Source: Mobula hypostoma (Eukaryota). Taken from it: 64,000 nucleotides of DNA. A program made the position numbers and the translations under genes. Under the pieces are notes generated by a model. The model saw only the letters and a list, made by a program, of their open reading frames with translations, did no database searches and was not told the origin of the DNA. The stretch is taken from positions 33,854,001-33,918,000 of the forward strand of contig NC_086097.1 of NCBI RefSeq assembly GCF_963921235.1, given 5' to 3'. Below are positions 13,060-26,208 of the stretch, in pieces. Positions within the stretch are counted from its first letter, which is position 1, and each line of letters starts with the position of its first letter.

Positions 13060-13430
13060 ATAGTCTTTTGACATTGGGCAAGCTTGTTGTCATAGGCCAA
13101 GGCAATGAGTACAAGAGTTGGCAGGTCATGTTCTGGTTGGACAAAAATCGATAAGACCACACTTAGAGTGTACTGTGTACAGTTCAGGTTGCTTCACCAT
13201 TGGAAGGATGTGACAGCAATAGGGAAAGTGTCGAAGAGATCTGCTTTGATGTTGTCTGGAATGGAGACGTAGTTAAAAAGGGTGATTAGATAGGCTGGGT
13301 TTATTCTGGAATAGAGCAGGTTGAGAGGTGACCTTACAAGGTACAGAATATAGAGTAAAATTAGGAGAGGCCTAGATAGGATAGATAGGAGGATTTTGTT
13401 TTTCTCTCAAGGAAGAAGAGTCTAGAAGCA
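13060..13430 (+). mobile_element. Old CR1 fragment
   Basis: Decayed RPHLE..VQF..GKDV..IGKV region. Confidence 0.6.
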
Positions 13431-13577
13431 TTAACTTTCCTTCTCATTCCTCAGATGCTTCCTAACCCACATTTTCTGTTATTGTCCTCAGTGAACACAT
13501 TGGCATCAGTCCTCTCAAATAGCATCTAGTGCTGAGAGTGCAAATTTGCCCTGAGGCAGAAGGGTGAATGCATATAT

Positions 13578-14810
13578 TCAAAGTTCAAAGTAAATTTATT
13601 ATCAAAGTGCAATACATCACCATTTTCTTGTGGGCATTCACAGTAAGTACAAGGAAACACACTAGGACCAATGAAGGACCGTGCTCAACAAGATGGACAA
13701 AAGACCTATGTGCAGAAGACAACGAACTGTGCAAATACAAAAGGTCTGCAATAAATATGAGGAAAACAATTACAGCAGGAGTTCCCAATCTTTTTTATGC
13801 CATGAACTCCTACCATTAATCGAGAGGTCCACATATCCCAGGTGGGAAACCCCGGAATTACATGAAAATGAAGATGAATCCATTACTTCACCACATTATG
13901 TCAGGGAGCACCCCTGACAGATACCATACTGACACCCAATTCCCCGACTTTCACTTAAAGAATGAGAGCTCCTAGCCAGTTAGATGCTGTCCATGTACAT
14001 TGATAAAAATTGGTAAGAGTCAATGGGGACATGTGAAATCTCTTTGGCCTCCTGAGGAAGTAGAGGCATTAGTGAGATTTCTTGGTTCTGGTATCTATAT
14101 GATTAGACCAGGACAGACTATTTGTGATGTTCAATCCTAGGAAACTGAAACTCACAACTCTCTTAACCTCAACACCATTGATGTAGACAGGAGCAGGTAC
14201 ATTGCCCTCCTTCTTCAAGTCTGTGACCAGCTCTTGTGTTTTGCTGACATTGCCTCATTGCTATTTGAGATAAGGTCCACTACAATGGCATCATCTGCAA
14301 AATTGTACATGAAATTAGAGTGGAATCTGGCCAGGCAGTCATGACTGTAAAGGGAGTGTAGTAGGGACTGGGAACACAGCTTTGTCAATCATCAGCATTG
14401 AGAATAATCAGAATCAGGTTTAATATCACTGACCTCTGTCCTGAAATTTGTTAACTTAGCAGCAGCATTACATGACAATATAGAAAAATACAAGCAAATA
14501 AATAAAAGCAAGTATATATATGTATATTAAATAGTTAAATTGAAAATAGTGCAAAAACAGAAATAATATTAAAAAGTGAGATGGTGTTCATGGGTTCAAT
14601 GTCCATTTAGGAATCGGATGGCAGAGGGGAAGAAGCTGTTCCTGAATCACTGAGTGTGTGCCTTCAGGCTTCTGTACCTCCTTCCCTGACAATAACAATG
14701 AGAATAGGGCATGTCCTGGATGATGGGGGTCCTTAATAATGGATACTGCCTTTCGAGGCACCGCTTCTTGAAAATGTCCTGGATCCTACGAAGCCTGCTG
14801 AACAACTGTT
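13578..14810 (-). mobile_element. Cluster of Rex1-type LINE fragments
   Basis: (TTCAAAG)n and (AGAATC)n tails; RT remnant at 14100-14400; C-terminus QDIFKKRCL...RRYRSLKAHTQ at 14600-14790. Confidence 0.75.
13776..13855. mobile_element. 80-bp hAT (Charlie-like) MITE
   Basis: TIR CAGGAGTTCCCAA; 8-bp TSD AATTACAG/AATTACAT; second copy at 58046. Confidence 0.8.
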
Positions 14811-15419
14811 GAGCTCTATGAACAGTATGCAACACAAGCCTTTCACTGTACCTCGGTACATGTATCAGAAATAAAGAGATCACAATTCCCTTGGAGTAGG
14901 CACAAAGATGGGATAAGAAGTGCACCCCCTCCAAAATGATCTTGGTGAGGTAATGGATAAACCTGTATCTAACAGCAATAAGAATGCATGGAGGCATGTG
15001 GCCCTCAGAAAGACAGGAAGTTTATAGTCCAGGGTGTAACCCTTATCTTCCTTAATCTTAAAGATTGCAACCCCAATCTTTTGGTGTCTCAGTGTGCTTG
15101 GTAAGTTTTCTCTTCATACAGTACCTAGAGACTTGAAACCAAAGACTAGGCTCCAGAAAGAAAAGTAAAAGTAATCCTTTTTCAGTAATTGAAATGTGAA
15201 TCAAGTATTAAAACTGGATAATTTTTGGAAATGCTGAATAATGAGGAAATGAGCATATGATAAAATTTGCGTGAGCAGTATGTGCTCAGGTCTAAATTTA
15301 ACACTTCTCCGTCCAATGCATGAGCCTAAATCAGTGTTGAGAACTAATGTAACAGTGTAGAAACTCATGTGACAATGAATGTGCTATCAAAACAAGGTTT
15401 CAGCATTCATCACTTGGAA

Positions 15420-17115
15420 CGTTTGTGTATGGTGCTATTCACCTCACTGTAGGAAGAATGTGGTAGCAATACACAAAGTGCAAAATAGGTTCAACAGATT
15501 GTTGCTTGGAATGGAGAACTGTAGTTATCAGGAGAATTTGGATAGGCTAGGTTTATTCTCTCTGGAATGTAGAAGGCTGTTGGCCAACAATGTAGAGATT
15601 TATAAAATTAATCCAGGCATAGTAAGGATAGGTCCTCAATCCTTTTTTCCCAGAGCACAGGCGTCTAGAACTAGAGGACACAGATTTATGGTGAGAAGGG
15701 TCAAATTGAAAGGAAGAGAATATGTGGCATCAGCAGCTAGAGGACGAGTTGGAGGAAGATTTGTGCAAGTTGGCAAGCTGTGTCTTACCAACTTGATTGA
15801 GTTTTTTGACGAGGTGACGAAGGTGACTGACGAAGGGTGACACGTGGATGTTGTTTCTCCACATGGATTTTAGTAAGACATTTCAACACGTCCCTCATGG
15901 GGAGGGGGCTCATCTGGAAGATTGTGATGCATGGGATCAATGGTGAACTAGCCATTTTGATTCAGAACTGGCCTGCCAGTAGAAAACAGAGGGTAGTGGT
16001 CGAAGGGACTTATTCTAGCTGGAGGTGTGAGGTTGGTGGTGTTCCACAGGGATCTATCTGTACTGTAACCTCTGCTGTTTGTGATGTATATAAATAGCCT
16101 GGATGAAAATGTAGATGGGAGGGTTAGTAAGAGTGCAGATGATACCGAGATTGGTGCTGTTGTGAATAGTGTAGAAGACTGGCAAAGAATAGAGGGCATA
16201 TAGATTAGGGAATACAGAGAAATGGCAGATGGAGTATAACCCAGCAAAATGCAAAGTGTTACTCCTTTGAAGGTCAAATGTAATGTTATGGCAAGACTCT
16301 TAATGATCAGGGGGCTATTGGGGTCCTGGTTTAAAGCTCCCTGAAAGTGGCTACTCATAAGCTTCCCTTTATTAGTCGAGGCATTGACTTCAAAAGTCAG
16401 GAAGTTATGCTACACCTTTATAAAACTCCAGTTAGGCAGCATCCGGAGTCTTGCATATATTTCTGGTTGCCTCATTGTAGGAAGGATGTTGAGGCTTTGG
16501 AGAGGATGCAGAAGAGTTTTACCAGGATGCTGGATAACCTTGGGTTGTTTTCTGTGGAGTGGTGGAGGCCGAGGGGTGATTTGGTAGAGGTTTATAAGAT
16601 TCTGAGAGAGGGAATAGACTGAGTAGACAGACAGTATATTGTTGAAATGTCTAATACCAGAGGGCATGCGCTTAAGGTGAGAGGGGGTAATTTCAAAGGA
16701 GATGTGAGGGGCAATTTTATTTTACACAGTGAGGGCTGGGTGCCTGGAACGTGCTGCCTGGGCTGGTGGTAGAGGCAGATACATCAGGGACTTGTAAGTG
16801 ATGTTTAGATATGCCCATGAATGTGAGGAAAGTGGAAGGATATGGACATTGTGTAGATGTAAGAGATCAGTAGGTTCTTCGATAAATTACATTTTGGGCC
16901 AAAGAGCCCGTACCTGTGTTGTACTGCTCTATGTTCTGAGATACAATTACAACATTTGAAAGGCACTTGGACACATACGTGGGTAGGAAGGGTTTAGAGG
17001 AAGATTGGCATGAAGCAGGCAAATGGGATCAGCATTAACTGGCCTCGTGATCAGCATGGATGAGTGGGCTAAGGGATCCATTCCAGTGCTGAACGACTCT
17101 GTGATTCTATGACTC
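15420..17115 (+). mobile_element. Nested CR1 LINEs (younger 15770-16938 inside an older copy)
   Basis: CLTNLIEFFDEVTK, GVPQGS, FW-PHCRKDV; two separate 3' tails (~16938 and ~17115). Confidence 0.85.
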
Positions 17116-17219
17116 CCTGATAATGTCGTGTGTTAACACGCATGAGATCCTAGGTTACCCTTTACTATTGTAGATGAACAGGAATAGTGATTGTAGGGCA
17201 TGCCATGTGTAATAACCCG

Positions 17220-17580
17220 CAGTGCCTCAGGAAGGCATCATCCAACATTAGAGATCCTTACCACCCTTACTATCCTGTTCCTCCTCCCCAATGACAGTAA
17301 GGCGACGAAGAAGTGTCCTCTTCACCTTACTAGCATCAGGGAGGAGGTACAGGAGCCTGAAGATCCTCACTCAATTTTTTAAGGACAGCTTCTTCCCCTC
17401 TGCCATCAGATTCTGAAGGATCCTTGAACTCGTGAACACTACCCCGTTATTTGTCTTTTGCTCTATTTGTTTATGTAACTTACTAATTTATTTTTGTAAC
17501 TTGTAGTTTTCGTTATCTTGTGCCGCATTGCTCCCACAAAATAAGATTTTATGACACAGTGATAATAGCACTGATTCTGC
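17220..17580 (+). mobile_element. Rex1-type 3' end
   Basis: CATCAGGGAGGAGGTACAGGAGCCTGAAG...ACAGCTTCTTCCCC; CTGATTCTG tail. Confidence 0.7.
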
Positions 17581-18696
17581 AGTATTATGTTATTGATTGA
17601 CACTTATTAGTTCAGGTGAGTTAAACAATTTGTTGAGCTTAATAAGAACCATTTTGCTTAATAACTTGATAAGTTAGTGGAAGCGTTTATGTTAGCACTC
17701 TCCAGTTTACACTCCACTTTGCTTCTGATAACTGGGAATAATTTCCTCTGTACTTTTAATGCTTTTGAACTTCGTGCAAATAAACAATTTTTTGTCCACC
17801 AGAAAGCAAAGAATTTTTTTGATGTTGCGGTTGTCAGTTATGTGAGAATTGAAGCAGTTACATAAACAATTGTCAGTTCTAGAAGAACAATATCACTGCA
17901 TCAAACAGAACTCACATGGATTGGAGAAGAGATCAGAGAACACTTGGCAATCCATCAGGTAGCTCTCAAAAACTGATACTCAGCAATTACTTTCGAGGTT
18001 AAATATACTTTCTATGGCTGTGCCCTTTTGTATATTTGGTTCAAATCTGGCCATCTGAATAAACAAGGAAAGGCATTTCATAACAGCCGCCTTTGCCCAT
18101 CAGTCAGTATTGCATTCACAACCATTCATCTACAGCTACAAAACGACTTGAAGACGATTCCATCAACCTTATAGTTTTAATCCTTCAGGCGGCTGCAGAA
18201 TTAGTTCTTCACTATATATATATATATATTTTTGCTTTCCTGTGGTCTGGAAATACTTTTAATCTATATTCAGTAAAACCCCAGACACATGAACTGGGGA
18301 AACTGAGGTCAGGGGAGTGGCATGTTACGTTTCCTCCTCCCTCCCAGATTTATTCCTCTTTAGCTGCTCTCCCCTCACTCTCCAACTTTGAGTTTGGTGT
18401 AACTTTCAAACATTTGATCTGTTGACAGTATCCTCATGTATTAGCCATTGCTGTGGGTTGATTGGGTGTCTCTGTCAATTTGACTGCCAATATGTTATTT
18501 TAGAAAAAGGAATCATATCTGTATCTCTTAACTCCATGTGCTTTGTAGATTCAAATACGAGGACATATTTTCTCAGGTGGAAACCTTTGTTAAAGTAAAA
18601 TTTTGATATTTAATATTTTTAATTAGCTATGAATTTACCCTGGAGACTACAAACATTCAACAGCATAAGCTTCAAGGCCATTTTCCTTTAAATCTT

Positions 18697-19147
18697 AAAC
18701 ACAAGAAATTCTGCAGATGTTGGAAATCCAAAGCAGCACACATGAAATGCTGGAGGAACTCAGCAGGTTAGTCAGCATCTATGGAAATGAATAAACAGTC
18801 AAAGTTTCAGGCTGGGACCCTTCTTCAGGACTGGTAAGGAAGGGGGAGAGGAAGAAAGATAGCTAGATGGTGATAGGTGAAGCCAGGTGGGTGGGAAAGG
18901 TAAAGGGCTGGAGAGGAAGGAATCTGATAGGAAAGGAGAGTGGACCATAGGAGAAAGGGAAGGAGGAGGGGACCCAGGGGGCGGTGATAGGCAGGTGAAG
19001 AATAGAAGAAGAGGGGAGGGAGAGAGATTTTTTTTAACTGGAGAAAAATCAATATTCATGCCTCCAGGTTGGAGGCTACGCAGACTCAGTATGAGGTGCT
19101 GCTCCTCCACACTGGGAGTGGCCTCTTTGTGGCACAGGCAGAAGCCA
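18697..19147 (-). mobile_element. Penelope-like element 3' fragment
   Basis: EATPSVEEQHLILSLRSLQPGGMNIDFS (endonuclease C-terminus); hammerhead motif at 18796-18833. Confidence 0.85.
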
Positions 19148-19480
19148 TTTACTAACAAGGTTCAAAAGCCCCTTTCCTTTCCGTTCACTATTACGTGAGA
19201 CTCAGTAAGTAGAATGTTACATTCTAACCCTACGTGACATTATTCTTGAAGATTTCTCAATCTAATCCCGTGACATAATTTTTTTGTTCAAAAGGTAATT
19301 TTTGGAAAACTATAGTGTTTCCTTTACTTCTTGCAAATTTCCCCCGGACCTTTCCTTTGTTTGACTGAAGACAAAACAATGAGATCTTTCTTCATGAGAC
19401 TCTGAATCTGGCAAAAAAGTCTGGAGTTCAAGTTAAATCCATTCAAACCCTTATCAAAATAAACCAGGCAACCTGGAGCT

Positions 19481-20060
19481 CAAAGTTCAAAGTTCAAAGT
19501 ACATTTATTTACAAAGTATGTGTATGTCCAAAGTATACTACTGTGAGATTTGTTTTTCTTGTAGACATTTACAGGAAAATAAAGAAATACAATAGAATTT
19601 ACAAAAAACTGCACATAAACAAAGACTGACAAACAACCAATGTGCAAAAGAAAGACAAATCGTGCAAATATTGAAAAAAGTGAATAAATAATATTGAGAA
19701 CATGAGTTTAAAGTCCTTGAAAGTGAGTCAGTAGATTACGGAGTCAGTTCAGCATTGTGTGGGACCTAAGGCTCCTGTACCTCCTGCCCGATGGTAGTAA
19801 TGAGAAGAGAGCTTAGCCTGAAAGATAGGTGTCCTTGAAGATGGATGCTGCTTTCTTCTGGCAGTGTTCCTTGTAAATGTACTTAATGATGGGGAGAGCT
19901 TTGCCTGTGATAGACTGGGCTGCATTCACCACTTTTTTTTTGGAGTTTTATGTTCCTGGGCATTGATACTTCCATACAGGCCATCATGCAACCAGCCAGG
20001 ATACTCTCCACTGTGACTCTCTACAAGTTTGTCAAAGTTTTAGGTGACATTCTGAATAGC
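19481..20060 (-). mobile_element. Rex1-type LINE 3' fragment
   Basis: (TTCAAAG)n tail; C-terminal coding remnant. Confidence 0.75.
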
Positions 20061-20469
20061 TGCAAATTGGACATCAGCCACAGTTTTTCTGTCATGGTTT
20101 TAAGGATTTTGCCCAGCTTTATTACAGGAGATGTGGGATGGTAGGGAATGGGGTGCAAGAAGTATGAAAACAGTTCTTTCCAGTTTTACGGAGGGATTAA
20201 CTTAATAAGTTAACTCTTGCTTCTCCCTCCACAGATGCTGTTGAGTACTTCCAGCATTTCATTTTAATATTTCAGATTTCCAGCACCTATTGAATTTTGC
20301 TTTAGTTTGATGTCATAGCTAGGATTGTCAGGGAAAATCAGAAGGAACACACTTCCTCCTCTGATTCCATGGAATAATGAAATATTCCAGGCCTCTGGAC
20401 ACACTTGGGTTTTGAAATAGGCTTTGTTCACACTGGAAGTTTTGCTTTGCATTCACAGAATTTCAACGT

Positions 20470-20970
20470 CGAGCTGCCCATTTGGCCCACATTGTTTGTG
20501 GCCAAAGTGGTGCCCATCAACTCTGATACCATTTGCCCACATTGGGATCATAGCCCTCAAACCCATTCCTATCCATCTACCTGACCAGATGTTTCTTAGA
20601 CATTGTAATTGTACTTGGCTCCACCACTTCCTCTAGCAGTTTGTTTGAGACAGCCAGCACTGTATAAAAAACTACAGCTCAGATCTTCTTTAAATTTCTC
20701 TGCCTCACTCTAAACCTGTGCCTTCTATCTGCTCTGGGGAAAAAGAAACGAACTCTGCGTATCCATCTTATCTATACCCCTCATAATTTTATAAACCTCT
20801 ATAAGTTCACCCAGCAGCCTCTTGTGTTCCAGAGAGGATAAGCACAATTTTATCTTTCCTTACATATACTGCCCTCCATTTTAGGCAATTTCCCCTGGGC
20901 TCTCTCTATTGCCACCACAGTCTTTCTGCAATGAGGTGTCCAACATTGTACACAACACTCCATGTGCATT
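20470..20970 (-). mobile_element. Old CR1 3' fragment
   Basis: Reverse complement of CR1 RGDLIEVYKIMRG and 3' UTR. Confidence 0.7.
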
Positions 20971-21408
20971 CTAATTAATTTATAACGGAAATGAATGTGG
21001 GAACCTGAAATGACATTGCAAAGAGCTGAGCGTGGTTTCCTGCATTACTGCATTAGTTCTCACCAGCTCTTATTCAGCCTTATACATTGGAAAGAAGAGT
21101 GCTGAACTGAAACCCTGGCACATATTCTGCAGCTATGACACAAATTCCATCACATGTTCGTATCCTCTCTATTCCGTAGTTACAAAAATTACCAAATATT
21201 AATGACGCATCAGTCTCAACTTCAGGAAAAAATATTATATTTTTGCTTTTCTTTCCAGAGAATATTCTTTGGTTTCGAGTCTACAAGTGTGTAGAGAAAG
21301 CACACCAGAATCAGAATCAGGTTTAATACGTCTTGAATTTTGTTGTTTTGCAGTAGCAGTACATTACAATGCATAATAAAACAACTAAATTACAATATGA
21401 AATATTTA

Positions 21409-22135
21409 TAGCAGATTCTGGGTTGATTGGGGCACCCGTTAGTCGGGGGAGCTGCTTATTTCGGATAGTTCTTAAAGAACAAAAATGATTTGAGAAAATA
21501 TCTAGGATTCCCTTTGTTTATTTGGGACACTCTGTTGCTTAATTGGGACAGCAGCCTGTTGCTGAACAGTTTCTAACTAGCATCAGTCGTGTGCACTTGT
21601 GTGGTTGTTAGACACTATACTGTGCTTAGAGTGAACAGTTTTTAAATAGCACCAATTGCGTGAGTTTGTGTTCAAAAAGCAGTGATTTTTTTTTGTCATT
21701 TATGGTTGTCCAGAAATAAACAGTAAGACAACTTGAAACTGTTTTGCTCTTCGTGGTTTCGAGATTCAAGCTTGGAGATGCAGAAACAGCCAGGAGTAAA
21801 AGTGAAATTATTTCACTACTTCAACCTCTTAGGAACCATGAAGAACTTGAAGGCATTGACAATCGGCTTGAAAGTTATATTGAAAATGAAGATTTGGCGG
21901 ATGCAATCACCAAAAGAAGGCATTCCCTTATCTGCAGTAGGTGTCTGCATTGATTTTGTTCATTCAAAAGAACACAGCAGTGTACACTGGATGAATTCCT
22001 CCATTGATAAATATTAGCAACTAATACACAGTTTTATAGTTCTGTAGATGTATTGGGAGTGTTCTGATTTGTCTGTATTTCATGTAAATACACAAATAGT
22101 TACTCTCTTAAACAGTAGCTTCTTTTTTTATACCT
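21409..22135 (+). mobile_element. Tigger/pogo-like non-autonomous DNA transposon, right end lost
   Basis: Starts after TA with TAGCAGATTCTGGGTTGATTGGGGCAC and repeated TAATTGGGAC/TATTTGGGAC sub-terminal motifs; no matching right TIR. Confidence 0.55.
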
Positions 22136-22729
22136 TTTGACAGGACTGTGTGCCTGATCTCTTTTCTTTGCCACCATCAAGGAGGAGGTACAGGAGCCTG
22201 AAGGCACACATTCAATGTTTTAGGATCAGCTTCTTCCCTTCAAATCAGGCACACAGTCCTGTCAAAAGATTATAACTAGTGGACATAAAGAAAATCAGGG
22301 CTACATAGTTACACCCAGGACTTTAAATCACCTGCTCATTAATTCATATTGTTGTTAGATACAAGTCCATCCATTACCACACCAAAAATCATTTTGGTGG
22401 GGTGTCAGGCAGCACCAATGGAAAAGAATAAAGAGTTGACATTTTGGGCCACCACACCTCATCAGAACCCCTCATCAGATGATCTGCTCTTCTTTAAAGT
22501 GGGAATGCCAATCTTTCCTGGTTGAAATAGTCTCAGCAGCCAGCTTTCCAGATAACATCACTGCAAGCTGAAAGGTATGTTCAAATATATTTTGTGCCCC
22601 AGAGATTTGAATGGTATTTCATCAGAGGGACTGAGGCAGGACCTAATTTCTTATTTCATGCTAATCTCCTGTCTTTACAGGTTTTGTCGATTATCTTCCT
22701 TCAATGACAATATATATGTATGTAAGCTT

Positions 22730-23390
22730 GAGAAAGTCTGCAGATGCTGGAAATCCAAAGCAACACACACAAAATGCTGGAGGATGTCAGCAGGTCAGGC
22801 AGCATCTATGGGAAGGAGTAAGCCATCGACGTTTCAGGTCGAGGCCCTTCGTTAGGACTGGAAAGAAAGGGGAGAAGTGGAGTAATAAGGTGGGGAGAGG
22901 GGAGGAAGAAGTACAAGGTGGCAGGTAATAGCAACATCTTTTATTCCGTCTGAGTAGCCTTCAACTTGATGGCATGAACAACAATTTCTCAAACTTCTGG
23001 CAATTGCTCCCCCTCTGCTCAATTCACCATTTTACATTCTTGTTTCCCTCTCTCACCTTGTCTCCTTACTTGTCCATCACCTCCCTCTGGTGCTCCTCTC
23101 CCTTCCCTTTCTTCCATGGTCTTCTGTCCTCTCTCAGATTCCCCCCTCTCCATCCCTTAATTTCTTTCACCACTCAACTTCCCAGCTCTTTACTTCACCC
23201 CTCCTGGATTTCACCTATCACCTACTATCTTGTACTACTTCCTCCCCTCCCCCCAACCTTCTCACTTTGACTTCTCCCCTCTCTTTCCAGTCCTGAAGAA
23301 GGATCTCAGCCTGAAATGTCGACTGTTTACTCTTTTCCATAGATGCTGCCTAGGACTGCTGAGTTTCTCCAGCATTTTGTGTGTGTTGCT
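22730..23390. mobile_element. Penelope-derived element with inverted ends
   Basis: Minus-strand copy of the 3' terminus (22730-22930) joined to a plus copy (22930-23390). Hammerhead motifs at 22823-22860 (-) and 23288-23325 (+). Confidence 0.85.
23288..23325 (+). ncRNA. Minimal type I hammerhead ribozyme motif (Penelope-associated)
   Basis: CAGTC-CTGAAGA-AGG(ATCTCAG)CCT-GAAA-TGTC-GACTG: stem I CAGUC/GACUG, core CUGANGA, stem II AGG/CCU, GAAA, GUC cleavage triplet, no stem III loop. Confidence 0.7.
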
Positions 23391-23829
23391 TCATAAACTG
23401 CTTAATTTATCATTTAACGATAGCAAAACATGCTCAACAGTAACTCCTATCTTGTAATCATTACATTATATACAGTCAGAGGAAAGTGGTCTATTTCCTA
23501 ACCTAATTCATCCCAAACCCTAATTGATTCCTCTTGTCATTTGAGAAATTTTCAAGTTTGGGCTAAATGTCTGCCTGTGAGTGTGTTTATTAAGCATGGT
23601 ATTGTTTTGAGACTTGTAATGAGAAAACAGTAGCTTGCTTATGTGCAAAAATAGCCCTCTTCCACAAGGCTCCAGAGGTACAAATTAAGAAATATGTATC
23701 ATTGGATGTTATCCAGTACACCCTACAGCCAACTTATCCAATTGTGCATTGGTGTAATATTCTAAATTGTGTTGAATTATGTTTGCAATGTCCTACAAAT
23801 CTTTTACCGTAGGATAATATCTGCAGAAT

Positions 23830-24472
23830 TATAAGACCATAAGATATAGGAGCAGAATTAGGCTATTTAGCCCATCAAGTCTGCTCCATCATTTTATCAT
23901 GGCTGATCCATTTTTCCTCTTAGCCACAATCTCCTGCCTTCTCCTTGTATCCCTTCATATCCTGACCAATCAAGAATCTATCAGCTTCTGCCTTAAATAT
24001 ACTCAATGACTTGTCCTCCACAGCCACCTGTGGCAACGAAGTCCACAGATTCACCACTCTCTGGTTAAAGAAATTCCTCCTCATCTCCATTCTAAAAGGA
24101 CATCCCTCTATTCTGAGGCCGTGTCCTTTGGTCTTAGACTTCTTCACCATAGGAAGTATCCTCTCCACATCCACTCTGTCGAGGCCTTCCAACATTCAAT
24201 AGGTTTCAATGAGGTCACCCCTCATTCTTCTCAATTCCGGTGAATACAGGCCCAGAGCTATCAAACACTCATCATATGACAGTCCATTCAATCCTGGAAT
24301 CATTTTTGTGAACCTTGTTTGAACCCTCTCCAGCGTCAGCACATCCATTCTAAGATCAGGGGCCCAAAACTGCTCTCAATACTCCAAGTGAGACCTTACC
24401 AGTGTTTTATAAAGCCTCAACATTACATTACATCCCTGCTTTATATTCTAGTCCTTTCGAAATGAATGCCAT
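23830..24472 (-). mobile_element. CR1 LINE 3' fragment
   Basis: GLDRVDVERILP...GHGLRIEGCPFR-EMRRNFF-QRVVNLW; (ATGGTCTT)n tail. Confidence 0.9.
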
Positions 24473-24544
24473 TACAAAGCTCATTCCTTTATATATTGCT
24501 ATACATATATTATAAAGATCATTCCTATATAAGAACAACGAAAA

Positions 24545-25236
24545 GGTGATGCCAGGCATGCCAGGAGTCACACTCACATCCCCACCTACATCAACGGAAC
24601 TGTAGTGGAGCGTGCATCAAGCTTCAAATTCCTTGGTGTCCACATTTCCGAGGATCTCACCTGGTCCCTAAACTCCTCCATCCTGATCGAAAAGGTGCAA
24701 CAGCACCTTTATTTCCTGCGGAGCATGAAGAAAGCTCACCTCTGTCCCAGGATACTGATGGACTTTTACCACTGTACCATGTCGGACCGCAAAGCACGCC
24801 AGCGTGTGGTGAAAACTGCCCAGCGGATTATCGGCACCCAATTGCCCACCATTGAGAACATCTACCATAAACGCTGCCTGGGCAGGGTGAAAAGCACTAT
24901 CATGGATGCATCTCATCCTAACCATGGACTTTTTACTCTCCTCCCATCCGATAGGCGCTACAGGAGCCTCTGCTCCCGCACCAGCAGGCACAGGAAAAGC
25001 TTCTTCCCTGAGGCTGTGACACTGCTGAACCTCTCATCACAGAGCTAAGCAGTATTGCATCCGTATTGGACTGTCTCCGTACTTTTATATTTGTGTGCTG
25101 TAGCACTTTTTTTATTCAAAGTTATTTTGTAAATAACACTATTCTTTGCATTTCTGGTCAGATGCTAAATGCATTTCATTGGCTTTGTATCTGTATTCGC
25201 ACAATGACAATAAAGTTGAATCTAATCTAATCTAAT
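24545..25236 (+). mobile_element. Rex1/Babar LINE 3' fragment
   Basis: [20 protein letters not shown]...HPNHGLFTLLPS-RRYRS...SFFPEAV; AATAAA plus (AATCT)n tail. Confidence 0.9.
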
Positions 25237-25866
25237 ATTGAAACACCAACAAAAATGGGAGGAATTTTCTTGGGGGTATGTACAATTTTGCAGAATGTAA
25301 TTATATTAAAGTTAAAATGAATGCAATTCTGACATGAATAAAGTGACTGCCAAACCCTCAAGACATCTTAAAATCTATAAATTGCATTTTGAGGCGTGCA
25401 TGCTGCTTCTACAGACAAAGGTGCCAGATAACTGACACACAAACCAGTCCCACAAACACCATTCCGATAAAAGGAGTACTTCAGCTTATTTTGGAAGTGT
25501 TCTAAAGAGCTGAATTTACCCAGGATCACAAGGAGAACTCTTGGCTGACCTTCAAGATTTAACAGATGGAAGGAGTTTTGGTGGTTTGTCTGGAAAACGA
25601 GATCTCTAAGACTGTAGCACACACAAGGGCTGCACTATGATGGCGCCTTGATTAAACATCTGCAGTGGGACGGGAATGCACGCGGTCTTCTGACTCATCC
25701 CAGAAGGACTGCAACAGAACCCAACTGGCATGTGAATTGTTTGTGAGGAGAAGCTGTCTGTCATCTAGAGACTGCTATGTTGGTAATGCTTCTCTAGAAC
25801 TCTGTGAGTGCCTTATTATGTCATGAATACACAGACTTTAAGGTTGCTCAAAAATGAAAAAAAAAT

Positions 25867-26195
25867 TGCGCGACAGAGCAGCAAATAGACTTCCTGTTTC
25901 ACAGCTCCAGCAACTCAGGTTCAATCCCATCTGATGCTGGCTGTGTGGAGGTTGCCTGTCTCCTCCGTGACTCTACAGATGGTCTCCAGACACTCTGGAT
26001 TTCACCTACATTCCAGAAACAGGTTACCCAGCCATGGGTAAATAGTGCCTGGCGTAGAGATGAATGGTAGAATCCGTGTGGAAATTGATGAGAATGTGTG
26101 GGGATTAAAAGGAAAGAATGTAGGACTAGCATAAGTGGTGCAGGATGGTCGGTAAGAACTTGATGGGCTGAAGGGCTGGTTTCCTTGCTGCATGG
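25867..26195 (+). mobile_element. Degraded V-SINE
   Basis: GGTTCAATCC B box, V-domain remnant, CR1-like tail TGATGGGCTGAAGGGC. Confidence 0.65.
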
Positions 26196-26208
26196 CTCAG
26201 AATCTACA

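Noticed and set aside
17803..17958. Plus-strand coiled-coil-like exon candidate with one in-frame TGA (KQRIFLMLRLSVM*ELKQLHKQLSVLEEQY), tempting as selenoprotein or readthrough
   Set aside because: No homolog recognised, no SECIS evidence, and antisense to RIN3 intron 2. A TBLASTN hit or junction reads would be needed to revive it.
21259..22721. Chain of small plus-strand exon candidates (21259, 22531, 22681) in compatible phases
   Set aside because: The peptide is unrecognisable, and such sites are common by chance in AT-rich introns.
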